NCBI RefSeq assembly: GCF_017656055.1
Contig: NZ_CP069383.1
Span: forward strand, 120,001-152,000
From: Candidatus Saccharimonadota bacterium
GTDB lineage: Bacteria > Pseudomonadota > Gammaproteobacteria > Enterobacterales > Enterobacteriaceae
Length of the DNA stretch: 32,000 bases
Direction: 5' to 3'
The notes under the pieces were generated by a model, which was not told the origin of the DNA, ran no database searches, and saw only the letters and a program-made list of their open reading frames with translations. Made by a program: the position numbers and the translations under genes. Shown piece after piece: positions 1 to 8,643 of this stretch. The number at the start of each line of letters is the position of its first letter. The first letter of the stretch is position 1.

Positions 1-1798
1 ATATTCCTATTATTTTTTTTTCATCCCATTCTATATCATTTTCTATAGGAGCTAAAAACATTATAAAAGTTCTTAAAGTATCAGCGCCATATTTTTTTAC
101 TATTTTTATAGGATCAACACCATTGTTTTTTGATTTTGACATTTTTGATATACCATCATATATTAAATTATAATTTTTATATTTATTTATATCTTCCGGA
201 GAAATCCATATTTTTTTTTTATCTTCAATATAATAATATGATTTAGAATTTACCATACCTTGACATATTAATTCTATTGAAGGTTCTTTACATTTTATTA
301 AATTAAATTTATAAAATAAATTGTTAAAATATCTTATATATATTAAATGCATAGTCGCATGTTCTATACCACCTATATAACAATCTATAGGTAACCAATA
401 ATTAGTTATTTTATTATTTACCATTTTTTTATATTTTTTATTATAAGTAAATATTATATGATAAAAAGATGATTCTATAAATGTATCAAAAGTATCTTTT
501 TCTATTAATAGATTTTTATAATTTTTATTTTTATTTTCTATTGTCAATGGAATATTTTTATTATTTATATATTTCATTTTATTATTTCTTTTATTATATA
601 TAATAGGAATTGGACTACCCCAATATCTTTGTCTTGATATACACCAATCTTTTATATTAAATATTTTTTTATAAAATAATATTTTTTTTTCGTATAATAT
701 ATTTTTAATATATTTAGATTTTTTATTACTTATTTTGTTTTTTATATCATTTGTTATTATAAATGAATAATAATTGAAAAAATTCATATTTGAATTAAAA
801 ATATTATTTTTTTTTATATAATTATTTATTAATTTTATATCATTATTAATGATGATATTTTTTTTAAAATTATAAATATTTTTTATTAAAATATGAATTT
901 TTTTATTATTTATAGGGATATATACATATAAATTATTTATATATTTATATTCATTCATAATATTTTTTATTAAAATGTTATTTTTATTTATAATTATTAA
1001 TTTTATATTAAATATATTTTTTATAAAATAATTTTCTTCATATAATAATATTTTATATTTATTATTTTTTTTATTATTTATATATATTGGTAATACTAAT
1101 TCATACCATTTATTTTTACCTATCCATTTTTTTTGCATAATTTTTACTTTATTATTCCATAATTTAAGTTTATATAAATTATTTAATAAATTTTCTGAAA
1201 AATTTTCTATTTTTAAAAACCATTGATTTTTATTTTTTTTTTCAATTATATTATTACATCTCCAACATTTGTTATTTATTACTTGTTCATTAGCTAATAC
1301 CGTTTTATCTTTTTTGCACCAATTAACAATAGATTTTTTTTTATACATTATTTTTTTATTAAAAAGCTTTTTAATAAAATATTGTTCATATTTATAATAT
1401 TTTTTTGAACATGTATATATTTCCTTTTCCCAATCAAAACTAAAACCTAACATTTTTATTTGTTTTTTCATATACTTTATATTTTTATATGTCCATAATT
1501 TTGGATCTTCATTATTAATTATAGAAGCATTTTCAGCTGGAAGTCCAAAACAATCCCATCCTATAGGAAATAAAACATTTTTTTTTAACATTCTATTAAA
1601 TCTTGAAATAATATCACCTATTGTATAATTTCTTACATGACCTATATGTAATTTTCCAGATGGATATGGAAACATACATAAACAATAAAATTTTTTTTTT
1701 TTTGTATTATTATTTGTTTTAAATGTTTTATTTTTTTCCCAATACTTTTGAACACATTTTTCTATATTTTTAAATGGATATTTAGTATTATTATTCAT
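1..1798 (-). CDS. leuS: Leucyl-tRNA synthetase, N-terminal 599 codons; continues past the left edge of the window
   Basis: Absent from the ORF track because there is no stop inside the window. Hand translation of the minus strand from ATG at 1798-1796 is open to nt 1: MNNNTKYPFKNIEKCVQKYWEKNKTF..FYCLCMFPYPSGKLHIGHVRNYTIGDIISRF (HIGH), WCKKDKTVLANEQVINNKCWRC, DWCISRQRYWGSPIPI, DTFDTFIESS, GGIEHATMHLIY, GISKMSKSKNNGVDP (KMSKS; Met codon 142-140), GADTLRTFIMFLAP. Collinear with E. coli LeuRS. Confidence 0.95.
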   Translation of the reverse strand, partial: MNNNTKYPFKNIEKCVQKYWEKNKTFKTNNNTKKKKFYCLCMFPYPSGKLHIGHVRNYTIGDIISRFNRMLKKNVLFPIGWDCFGLPAENASIINNEDPKLWTYKNIKYMKKQIKMLGFSFDWEKEIYTCSKKYYKYEQYFIKKLFNKKIMYKKKSIVNWCKKDKTVLANEQVINNKCWRCNNIIEKKNKNQWFLKIENFSENLLNNLYKLKLWNNKVKIMQKKWIGKNKWYELVLPIYINNKKNNKYKILLYEENYFIKNIFNIKLIIINKNNILIKNIMNEYKYINNLYVYIPINNKKIHILIKNIYNFKKNIIINNDIKLINNYIKKNNIFNSNMNFFNYYSFIITNDIKNKISNKKSKYIKNILYEKKILFYKKIFNIKDWCISRQRYWGSPIPIIYNKRNNKMKYINNKNIPLTIENKNKNYKNLLIEKDTFDTFIESSFYHIIFTYNKKYKKMVNNKITNYWLPIDCYIGGIEHATMHLIYIRYFNNLFYKFNLIKCKEPSIELICQGMVNSKSYYYIEDKKKIWISPEDINKYKNYNLIYDGISKMSKSKNNGVDPIKIVKKYGADTLRTFIMFLAPIENDIEWDEKKIIGI

Positions 1799-2240
1799 AT
1801 TTTTTATGTATATTTTTTATTCCTATTTTATTTAATATATAATTTTCTATTTTATATAATAATATTCTACTTTTATAATTTTTATGATTTATATTTAATA
1901 AATGTAGACAACCATGTATTATTAAATGCATCCAATGATTATATAATTTTATATTTTTAATATGTGATTCATATTCTATTTGTTTTTTACATAATATAAT
2001 TTCTCCTATATATTTTTTATTTTTTATAATATTTTTATATTTAAAAGTAAGTATATTTGTAACTTTATTTATATTTCTATATTTATTATTGATAAATTTT
2101 ATTAGCTTTTTATTTACTATTATTAAATTTATTTCATTAAATTTATTGTATTTTGATATGCAATTTATACATTTAATTATATTATTTATTTTGGGTATAT
2201 TATTTTTATTTTTAATTAATAATTTTATATTTATTTTCAT
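1791..2240 (-). CDS. ybeY: Endoribonuclease YbeY (16S rRNA 3'-end maturation metalloprotein)
   Basis: 149 aa. The zinc-binding signature HLIIHGCLHLLNINH matches H-x3-H-G-x-L-H-L-x-G-x-D-H (E. coli HMVVHGSLHLLGYDH). Its stop overlaps the leuS ATG by 8 nt (ATGAATAA). Confidence 0.85.
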   Translation of the reverse strand: MKINIKLLIKNKNNIPKINNIIKCINCISKYNKFNEINLIIVNKKLIKFINNKYRNINKVTNILTFKYKNIIKNKKYIGEIILCKKQIEYESHIKNIKLYNHWMHLIIHGCLHLLNINHKNYKSRILLYKIENYILNKIGIKNIHKKYE

Positions 2241-2288
2241 TCTTTTTAAGAATATTATTAATAAAATACTAATTTATTATAAAAAAAA

Positions 2289-3641
2289 ATGTATATATTT
2301 GATAGTTTAAGTAGAAAAAAAAAAATAATTAATAACTTCAATAAAGTAAATATTTATGTATGTGGAGTTACTGCCTATGATATTTGTCACATAGGTCATG
2401 CTAGATTATTTATAATTTTTGATATTTTAATAAGATATTTAAATTTTATGGATTTTAAAGTTAAATATGTAAGAAATATAACTGATATAGATGATAAAAT
2501 AATAAATATATCTACAAAAAAAAAAATTAATTTTTATAATTTTGTTAATAAAATAATAAACGAAATAGATATAGATTTAGATAAATTAAAATTAATAAAA
2601 CCCAATTATGAACCAAAGGTTACTAATTATATAAATTCAATAATAGAAGATATTAATAAATTAATTAAAAATGGTAAAGCTTATATAAATAAAAATAAAG
2701 ATATATTATTTAATATTAAAAAATTTAATAATTATGGAATATTATCTAAAAATAATAAGAAAATATTCTTTGATTTTACTATATGGAAAAATAGTAATAT
2801 AAATAATAAATTTAATATTAATGATTTTAATTGGATATCTCCATGGGGCATTGGTAGACCAGGATGGCATATAGAATGTTCTACAATAAGTAGAGTATTT
2901 TTTAACAATACAATAAATATACATGGTGGAGGTATAGATTTAATATTTCCACATCATGAAAATGAATTAGCTCAATCTTTAAGTATAAATGAAAATTTTA
3001 AAATAAATATATGGATGCATGTAGGAAGTGTAAAAATATCTGGAAAGAAAATGTCAAAATCAAATGGTAATTTTATATATCTTAGAAATTTATTTAAATT
3101 TTTTAATTATGATGTAATAAAATATTATTTAAGTAATAAAAATTATAGAAATCCTATAGATTTTAGTTTTAAAAATTTATTAAAATCTAAAAAAATTATT
3201 GATAATATACATAAAAATTTTATGGAATTTAATATATATAATTCAGAAAATATTAAAAATATTTTTTTTAAAAATGAATTTATAAATAATATGGATAATA
3301 ACTTAAATATTAATAATGTATATACATTATTAAATTATATGATTAAAGAATCTAATAAATATAAAAATGTAAAAAGTATAATTTCTAAAAATATATTAAA
3401 TGATATTTTTTTTATTATGAAAATAATTGGATTAATAAATAATAATAATTTTTTTTTAAAAAATAATAAAAATATAAATAATAAAAATATATATAATATT
3501 ATAGAAAATTTAATAAAAAAAAGAAATATAGCAAGAAAAAATAAAAATTGGAATATATCTGATAACATAAGAAATTATTTAAATAATTTAGGAATAATAT
3601 TAGAAGATAAAAATAATAAAACTATATGGTATTTTAATTAA
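2289..3641 (+). CDS. cysS: Cysteinyl-tRNA synthetase
   Basis: 450 aa. VNIYVCGVTAYDICHIGHAR (HIGH), GRPGWHIECS, IHGGGIDLIFPHHENE and KMSKSNGNF (KMSKS) are class I CysRS hallmarks. Confidence 0.95.
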   Translation: MYIFDSLSRKKKIINNFNKVNIYVCGVTAYDICHIGHARLFIIFDILIRYLNFMDFKVKYVRNITDIDDKIINISTKKKINFYNFVNKIINEIDIDLDKLKLIKPNYEPKVTNYINSIIEDINKLIKNGKAYINKNKDILFNIKKFNNYGILSKNNKKIFFDFTIWKNSNINNKFNINDFNWISPWGIGRPGWHIECSTISRVFFNNTINIHGGGIDLIFPHHENELAQSLSINENFKINIWMHVGSVKISGKKMSKSNGNFIYLRNLFKFFNYDVIKYYLSNKNYRNPIDFSFKNLLKSKKIIDNIHKNFMEFNIYNSENIKNIFFKNEFINNMDNNLNINNVYTLLNYMIKESNKYKNVKSIISKNILNDIFFIMKIIGLINNNNFFLKNNKNINNKNIYNIIENLIKKRNIARKNKNWNISDNIRNYLNNLGIILEDKNNKTIWYFN

Positions 3642-3647
3642 AAAAAA

Positions 3648-3730
3648 TACCCAGAACGAGACTTGAACTCGTACAGCTAAAAAGCTAAGGGATTTTAAGT
3701 CCCTTGTGTCTACCATTCCACCATCTGGGC
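3648..3730 (-). tRNA. leuZ: tRNA-Leu (anticodon UAA), type II with long variable arm, 83 nt, no encoded CCA
   Basis: Minus strand reads GCCCAGATGGTGGAATGGTAGACACAAGGGACTTAAAATCCCTTAGCTTTTTAGCTGTACGAGTTCAAGTCTCGTTCTGGGTA. It has a 7-bp acceptor stem, anticodon loop CUUAAAA, a 15-nt variable arm, T-loop TTCAAGT and A73. It is third in a gly-cys-leu cluster, like E. coli glyW-cysT-leuZ. Confidence 0.9.
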
Positions 3731-3733
3731 ATA

Positions 3734-3805
3734 AGACGTGTTCTGGATTCGAACCAGAATAATATAGATTTGCAGTCTATTGCATAACCATTCTGCCAAC
3801 ACGTC
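3734..3805 (-). tRNA. cysT: tRNA-Cys (anticodon GCA), 72 nt, no encoded CCA
   Basis: Minus strand reads GACGTGTTGGCAGAATGGTTATGCAATAGACTGCAAATCTATATTATTCTGGTTCGAATCCAGAACACGTCT. Acceptor GACGTGT/ACACGTC, anticodon loop CUGCAAA, U73 discriminator (Cys identity), T-loop TTCGAAT. Confidence 0.9.
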
Positions 3806-3807
3806 AT

Positions 3808-3881
3808 AGCGAAAGACGAGATTTGAACTCGCAACCATAATCTTGGCAAGATTATACTCTACCTAATTGAGCTACTTTCGC
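3808..3881 (-). tRNA. glyW: tRNA-Gly (anticodon GCC), 74 nt, no encoded CCA
   Basis: Minus strand reads GCGAAAGTAGCTCAATTAGGTAGAGTATAATCTTGCCAAGATTATGGTTGCGAGTTCAAATCTCGTCTTTCGCT. Anticodon loop UUGCCAA; close to E. coli tRNA-Gly(GCC). The 5' nucleotide (3881) directly abuts the adk stop codon (3884-3882). Confidence 0.9.
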
Positions 3882-4523
3882 TTATATTACATTACTAAGT
3901 TTATATAATAACATTTTTTTTATATTTTCTATAGTATCATTAGTATTTATTTTAATTAATTTTATTATATTATTATTAATTTTTTTTCTATAAAAAGATA
4001 TGATACTTTTTTCATTATTATTATAATCATTTATTCTTTTGTTTATAATTTCAATATTATCATCATTTCTAATTACTAATTTTTCTCCTGTTAAATCATC
4101 CAAATCTTTTATAATAGGTGGATTATATAAATCATGATAAATTCTTCCTGAATTTATATGTATTTTTCTTCCTGATATTCTTTTTATAATGTTTTCTTTA
4201 TCTAGAATAAATTGAATTATTATATATATATTTATATTATTTAATTCTAAAATTTTAGCTTGATTATATGTTCTAGGAAAACCATCTAAAATTAAATTAT
4301 TTTTATTTTTAATATTATTTACAATATAGTCATTTAAAATATTAAAAGTAGTATCATCATCTATTAATATTCCTTTTTTTATTTTATCTTTTATATTATT
4401 ATCATTACTTTTTCTTAATAATTCACCAATAGATATATATTTAAAATTTTTATATTTTTCTGTAATAAATTTAGAATGAGTCCCTTTACCTGAAGCTGGA
4501 GGTCCCATAATTATAATATTCAT
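3882..4523 (-). CDS. adk: Adenylate kinase
   Basis: 213 aa. P-loop IIIMGPPASGKGT, LILDGFPRT, and a LID segment GRKIHINSGRIYHDLYNPP resembling E. coli GRRVHAPSGRVYHVKFNPP. Confidence 0.93.
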   Translation of the reverse strand: MNIIIMGPPASGKGTHSKFITEKYKNFKYISIGELLRKSNDNNIKDKIKKGILIDDDTTFNILNDYIVNNIKNKNNLILDGFPRTYNQAKILELNNINIYIIIQFILDKENIIKRISGRKIHINSGRIYHDLYNPPIIKDLDDLTGEKLVIRNDDNIEIINKRINDYNNNEKSIISFYRKKINNNIIKLIKINTNDTIENIKKMLLYKLSNVI

Positions 4524-4526
4524 ATT

Positions 4527-5606
4527 TTATTTTTTTATTATTAATTGAATAATTATATATTCAAAACCAATCTTTGAATTATATATACAAATTTTTTTTT
4601 TTGATTCTATAAATTTATTATAATAAATATTTATATCATTAATACTAGAATTTTTGTAAAAAAAATTAATTTTATCTAATATTTTAGAATTATTTTTATA
4701 GTTTATTTTATTTTTTTTATTTATTTTATTTATTAATATAATATGTAGAATATTTATTATATTATCAATTATATTTATATAATTTGTATTTTTATATTTA
4801 TTTATAATTCTTATTATATTATTTATTTTTTTAAATTTTATATTTATTAATATATTTATATAATCTTCAAAATTATATATTCCAAATAGATCATTAAAAT
4901 CTTTAACATATATTTCATTTTTACCAGAAATTATTAATTGATCTGTTATATTTAAAGCATCTCTCATACTACCATTAGAAAAAAAAGATATTAGATTTAA
5001 TACATTTTTTTCATATTTTATATTTTCTTTTTTTAATATATATAATAATCTATTTGTTATATCTTTTTTTTTTATTTTATTTAATTTAAAATGAGTACAT
5101 CTTGATAAAATTGTAGATGGTACTTTAATTATATCAGTGGTTGATAGTAAAAATTTTACATAATCATATGGTTCTTCTAGTATTTTTAATAAATAATTAA
5201 AACCTTGTTTTGATAGCATATGTATTTCATCTAAAATAAATATTTTATATTTGTATACTATAGGTTTATATTTTATATTATCTATTATCTCTTTTATTTC
5301 TTCTATTTTATTTTTAGATGATATATCTATCTCTATAATATTAAATATATTATTATTTATATCAGAACAATTTATACATTCATTACATGGTAATATTTTA
5401 TATTTATTATTTTTGCAATTAAATGTTTTAGCTAATAATCTTGAAATAGTAGTTTTACCTACACCTCTTTCACCTGAAAATATATAAGAAGAATGAATTT
5501 TATTTATTAAAAAACTATTTTTTATTAATTTTATTGTATTCTCTTGACCAACAACTTCATCAAAATTAGTAGGTCTCCATTTTCTATATAATATATTATA
5601 ATTCAT
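4527..5606 (-). CDS. dnaX: DNA polymerase III clamp-loader ATPase (tau/gamma homolog), domains I-III only
   Basis: 359 aa. [19 protein letters not shown], Walker [11 protein letters not shown], Zn module PCNECINC, Walker [13 protein letters not shown] motif STILSRC. The C-terminus (..[14 protein letters not shown]) aligns to the end of E. coli domain III (about residue 368). Nothing corresponds to tau domains IV/V. Confidence 0.9.
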   Translation of the reverse strand: MNYNILYRKWRPTNFDEVVGQENTIKLIKNSFLINKIHSSYIFSGERGVGKTTISRLLAKTFNCKNNKYKILPCNECINCSDINNNIFNIIEIDISSKNKIEEIKEIIDNIKYKPIVYKYKIFILDEIHMLSKQGFNYLLKILEEPYDYVKFLLSTTDIIKVPSTILSRCTHFKLNKIKKKDITNRLLYILKKENIKYEKNVLNLISFFSNGSMRDALNITDQLIISGKNEIYVKDFNDLFGIYNFEDYINILINIKFKKINNIIRIINKYKNTNYINIIDNIINILHIILINKINKKNKINYKNNSKILDKINFFYKNSSINDINIYYNKFIESKKKICIYNSKIGFEYIIIQLIIKK

Positions 5607-6675
5607 TTTTATTTTTAATATATAAAATATTTCTAAGTATATTATCCATTATAATTATTGCACACATAGATTCTGCTATAGGAACAGCTCTTATACCTAC
5701 ACAAGGATCATGACGTCCTTTTATTTCTAATTTTAATTCATTATTATTAATATCTATAGTATTACAAATTTTAGATATACTTGATGTAGGTTTTAATGCA
5801 ATATTTATTAATATATCTTGACCAGTACTTATACCTCCTAATATACCTCCTGAATGATTTGTTAAAAATATTTCATTTTTATATATTTCATCTCTATTTT
5901 CACTACCTAATTGTTCTACTACAGAAAATCCATCTCCTATTTCTACTCCTTTAACAGCATTTATACCCATTAATGCATATGCTAATTCAGCATCTAATTT
6001 ATCAAATACAGGATTACCTAATCCTACAGGTACATTTTTAATTATTATTTTTATTTTTGCACCTATTGAATCTTTTTCTTTTTTTATATTTCTTATTAAT
6101 AAATCAATTTCTTCTATTTTAGATTCATCTGGACAAAAAAATGGATTTTTATTTATAAAATCAATATTTACATTATTATCACATTTCAAATTACCTATTT
6201 TTGAAATGTATGATACTATATTTATATTATATTTTTCTTTTAAATATTTTTTAGCTATTGCTCCTGCAGCTACTCTAATAACTGTTTCTCTAGCAGAAGA
6301 TCTACCACCTCCTCTATGATCTCTAATTCCATATTTTTTATAATATGTATAATCGGCATGACCTGGTCTAAATACATCTTTTAATGAGTCATAGTCTGAA
6401 GATTTTTGATCATTGTTATTTATTATTAATCCTATACTAGTTCCTGTAGTTAATCCATTATAAACTCCTGATAATATTTTTATTTCATCATTTTCTCTTC
6501 TTGGAGTAGTATACATAGATGTACCAGGTTTTCTTCTATCTAATTCTTTTTGTATATCATTTTCATTAATTTTAAAATTTGATGGCATACCATCTATTAT
6601 TCCACCTAATGATATTCCATGAGATTCTCCATATGTTGTTAAACGAAATAATTTTCCTATAGTATTTCCAGACAT
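5596..6675 (-). CDS. aroC: Chorismate synthase
   Basis: 359 aa. [39 protein letters not shown] and GRHDPCVG are near-full-length matches to AroC signatures. It overlaps the dnaX start by 11 nt. Confidence 0.95.
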   Translation of the reverse strand: MSGNTIGKLFRLTTYGESHGISLGGIIDGMPSNFKINENDIQKELDRRKPGTSMYTTPRRENDEIKILSGVYNGLTTGTSIGLIINNNDQKSSDYDSLKDVFRPGHADYTYYKKYGIRDHRGGGRSSARETVIRVAAGAIAKKYLKEKYNINIVSYISKIGNLKCDNNVNIDFINKNPFFCPDESKIEEIDLLIRNIKKEKDSIGAKIKIIIKNVPVGLGNPVFDKLDAELAYALMGINAVKGVEIGDGFSVVEQLGSENRDEIYKNEIFLTNHSGGILGGISTGQDILINIALKPTSSISKICNTIDINNNELKLEIKGRHDPCVGIRAVPIAESMCAIIIMDNILRNILYIKNKNEL

Positions 6676-6679
6676 TATA

Positions 6680-6686
6680 CACCTCT
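6680..6686 (-). promoter_or_regulatory. Strong Shine-Dalgarno (AGAGGTG) 4 nt upstream of the aroC ATG
   Basis: Minus strand reads AAAGAGGTGTATA-ATG. Most other genes in the window show only A/T upstream of their starts. Confidence 0.6.
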
Positions 6687-6767
6687 TTATTTTTAATAAA
6701 TATAATTTTTATTTTTTTTCTATAAATACTTTTTAATTTTTTTTTAATATAAAATAAAAATTATTTT

Positions 6768-7120
6768 TATATATAAAAAATAAGCCGGATTCTGTATTAA
6801 CTATCATTAATCTTGATTAATATTCACATATTAATTCTTTTCGACTTACCTAGGTTATTTTAGAGTTCAATAAACCAATTTTAGTCTTTCTCCAAGAGGA
6901 GTTTACAAATACTAAATTTGTTACCAAATTTATGGTAAGCTCTTACCTCACCTTTTCACCCTTTCTTTATATTTATAAAGTGGTTTTTTTTCTGTTGCAC
7001 TTTTCATAAATATATTTTATTAAAATATATTTTCCAGATGTTATCTGGCTCTTTGAACTCAGGAGTCCGGACTTTCCTCTTTATTTTATAAAATAAAGCG
7101 ATAGTTTATTTATATATAAT
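6768..7120 (-). ncRNA. rnpB: RNase P RNA (bacterial type A), about 350 nt; ends approximate (+/-10 nt)
   Basis: The minus strand contains the universal core: GAGGAAAGTCCGGACTCC (E. coli GAGGAAAGTCCGGGCTCC), AGTGCAACAGAAA, GGGTGAAAAGGTGAGGTAAGAGC, GGTAACA, GTAAACTCC and ACAGAATCCGGCTTAT (E. coli ACAGAACCCGGCTTATC). P2 pairs AACTATC with GATAGTT; P3 hairpin is CTTTATTTTATAAAATAAAG. It is a GC-rich island in an AT-rich spacer. Confidence 0.9.
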
Positions 7121-7235
7121 ATATATATATTATATAAAAATAAAATATATTACAATATATTTAAAAAATTTATTTTTTTTATAAATATTTTTTTTATATT
7201 TAAAATTAATGTAAAATTATTATTTTAGTTTTATA

Positions 7236-7736
7236 ATGATAAAGAAAATAATTTTTATTATATTATTATTTTTTATAAAAATATATAATGATAAAAAAAA
7301 AATAATTAATATTAATAAAAATAATTTAATATATAATTACATAAATAAAAAAATTAATTTAAAAAAACATAGATTAATAATATATAAAAATAATAATTTT
7401 ATAATATTAATAGGTCAAATAAATAATATTATTTATATTCATAATATAACTATATTATTAAATAAAAAATTTTTTAATAAAAAAATAAAAATTATTAATA
7501 ATATAAGATGTAGAAATAATATAAAAATTTATAGAATTATAATAGATAATATAAATTTATTAAAAATAAAAATTAAATTAATTTTGAATAAAAAAATAGA
7601 TATTAAAAATATATATATTGTTATAGAAAATAATGAATTATTTATAATAAGTAATAAATTTAATTATAAAAAAATTTTAAGTATAATTAATAAAACAAAA
7701 TTTAATGATATTAATTACTATCTTTTTGAAAATTGA
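7236..7736 (+). CDS. dolP: Dual BON-domain envelope protein, DolP/YraP-like (tentative)
   Basis: 166 aa with a hydrophobic N-terminus (IIFIILLFFI). Two segments hand-align with the two BON domains of E. coli DolP: HRLIIYKNNNFIILIGQ..KIINNIR vs INVTAYQGKVLLVGQ..EVYNEIR, and IYIVIENNELFIISN vs VKVTTENGEVFLMGL. This is low-complexity sequence, so the call is tentative. Confidence 0.5.
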   Translation: MIKKIIFIILLFFIKIYNDKKKIININKNNLIYNYINKKINLKKHRLIIYKNNNFIILIGQINNIIYIHNITILLNKKFFNKKIKIINNIRCRNNIKIYRIIIDNINLLKIKIKLILNKKIDIKNIYIVIENNELFIISNKFNYKKILSIINKTKFNDINYYLFEN

Positions 7737-8107
7737 ATTTTTTTTCTAGATTTTTTAAAACCATATTTTTTTCTTTCAACTATTCTTGAATCACTGGTTA
7801 ATAATTTTTCTTTTTTTAATTGTGTTTTAAATTTTAAATTTATATCTACTAAAGTTTTAGATATAGCTAATTTTATAGCATTTAATTGACTCATTATTCC
7901 TCCACCTTTTACTGTTATAAAAATATCTATTTTATTTATCATATTTAAAATTATTATTGGTTTTAATATAATATTAATATATAATTTATTATAAAAATAA
8001 TCATTAATATTAATTCTATTTATTTTTATATTACCTACTCCTTTTTTTATGAATACTCTAGCTATTGATGTTTTTCTTTTAGCAGTATTATGATATATTT
8101 TATTCAT
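7718..8107 (-). CDS. rpsI: 30S ribosomal protein S9
   Basis: 129 aa. GKRKTSIARV-like TAKRKTSIARVFIKKG, VKGGG, and the canonical C-terminus KKIQFSKR. Downstream of rplM as in E. coli rplM-rpsI. Confidence 0.93.
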   Translation of the reverse strand: MNKIYHNTAKRKTSIARVFIKKGVGNIKINRININDYFYNKLYINIILKPIIILNMINKIDIFITVKGGGIMSQLNAIKLAISKTLVDINLKFKTQLKKEKLLTSDSRIVERKKYGFKKSRKKIQFSKR

Positions 8108-8120
8108 TTTATTTTATTTT

Positions 8121-8525
8121 TTAATTTATATTTATTAAATTATTTATTTTATATATATTATTTTCTTTTTTAAAAATTTTTAAATTATTATTTAATATAT
8201 TTTTATATAATTTGTTTTTTGGTAACATACCTTTTACAGAATTTATTATTATTTTTCTAGAATCTTTTTTAATTAATTCTTTAAAGTAAATTTTTTTTAA
8301 ATTACCAATATATCCGGAATGTTTATAATATATTTTTTTATTTTTTTTTTTACCTGATAATATTACTTCATCTGAATTTATTACTATTACAAAGTTATTA
8401 CTTTTTTTATTACTATAATAGTCTATTTTATTTTTTCCTTGTAATATTATTGATATTTTAGTTGATATTCTGCCAAGTATTTTATTACTAGCATTTATTA
8501 TATACCATGTATTTTTTAAATTCAT
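8121..8525 (-). CDS. rplM: 50S ribosomal protein L13
   Basis: 134 aa. WYIINASNKILGRISTKISIILQGK resembles E. coli [25 protein letters not shown]; also YYKHSGYIGNLK and VKGMLPKNKL. Confidence 0.93.
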   Translation of the reverse strand: MNLKNTWYIINASNKILGRISTKISIILQGKNKIDYYSNKKSNNFVIVINSDEVILSGKKKNKKIYYKHSGYIGNLKKIYFKELIKKDSRKIIINSVKGMLPKNKLYKNILNNNLKIFKKENNIYKINNLININ

Positions 8526-8573
8526 ATTTAATTTTATTATAATATTTTTTATTTATATTAAAATAATAATAAT

Positions 8574-8607
8574 ATTTTAAATTAATTAAGTCAAATTAAT
8601 TTAAAAT
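8574..8607. repeat. Perfect 14-bp inverted repeat (ATTTTAAATTAATT / AATTAATTTAAAAT) with 6-nt spacer AAGTCA in the rplM / htrA divergent spacer
   Basis: Read directly: arms at 8574-8587 and 8594-8607. All base pairs are A/T, so chance occurrence in this composition is not negligible. Function unknown. Confidence 0.4.
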
Positions 8608-8643
8608 TAATAAATTTAATTTAATTTAAACTTTTAAAGTAAA

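Noticed and set aside
1-1798. No ORF is listed for nt 1-1747, which could suggest a pseudogenised or non-coding 1.8-kb region.
   Set aside because: Hand translation of the minus strand from 1798 to 1 gives 599 uninterrupted codons of LeuRS with HIGH and KMSKS in frame. It is missing from the track only because it runs off the window edge. The same applies to mrcB at 31250-32000.
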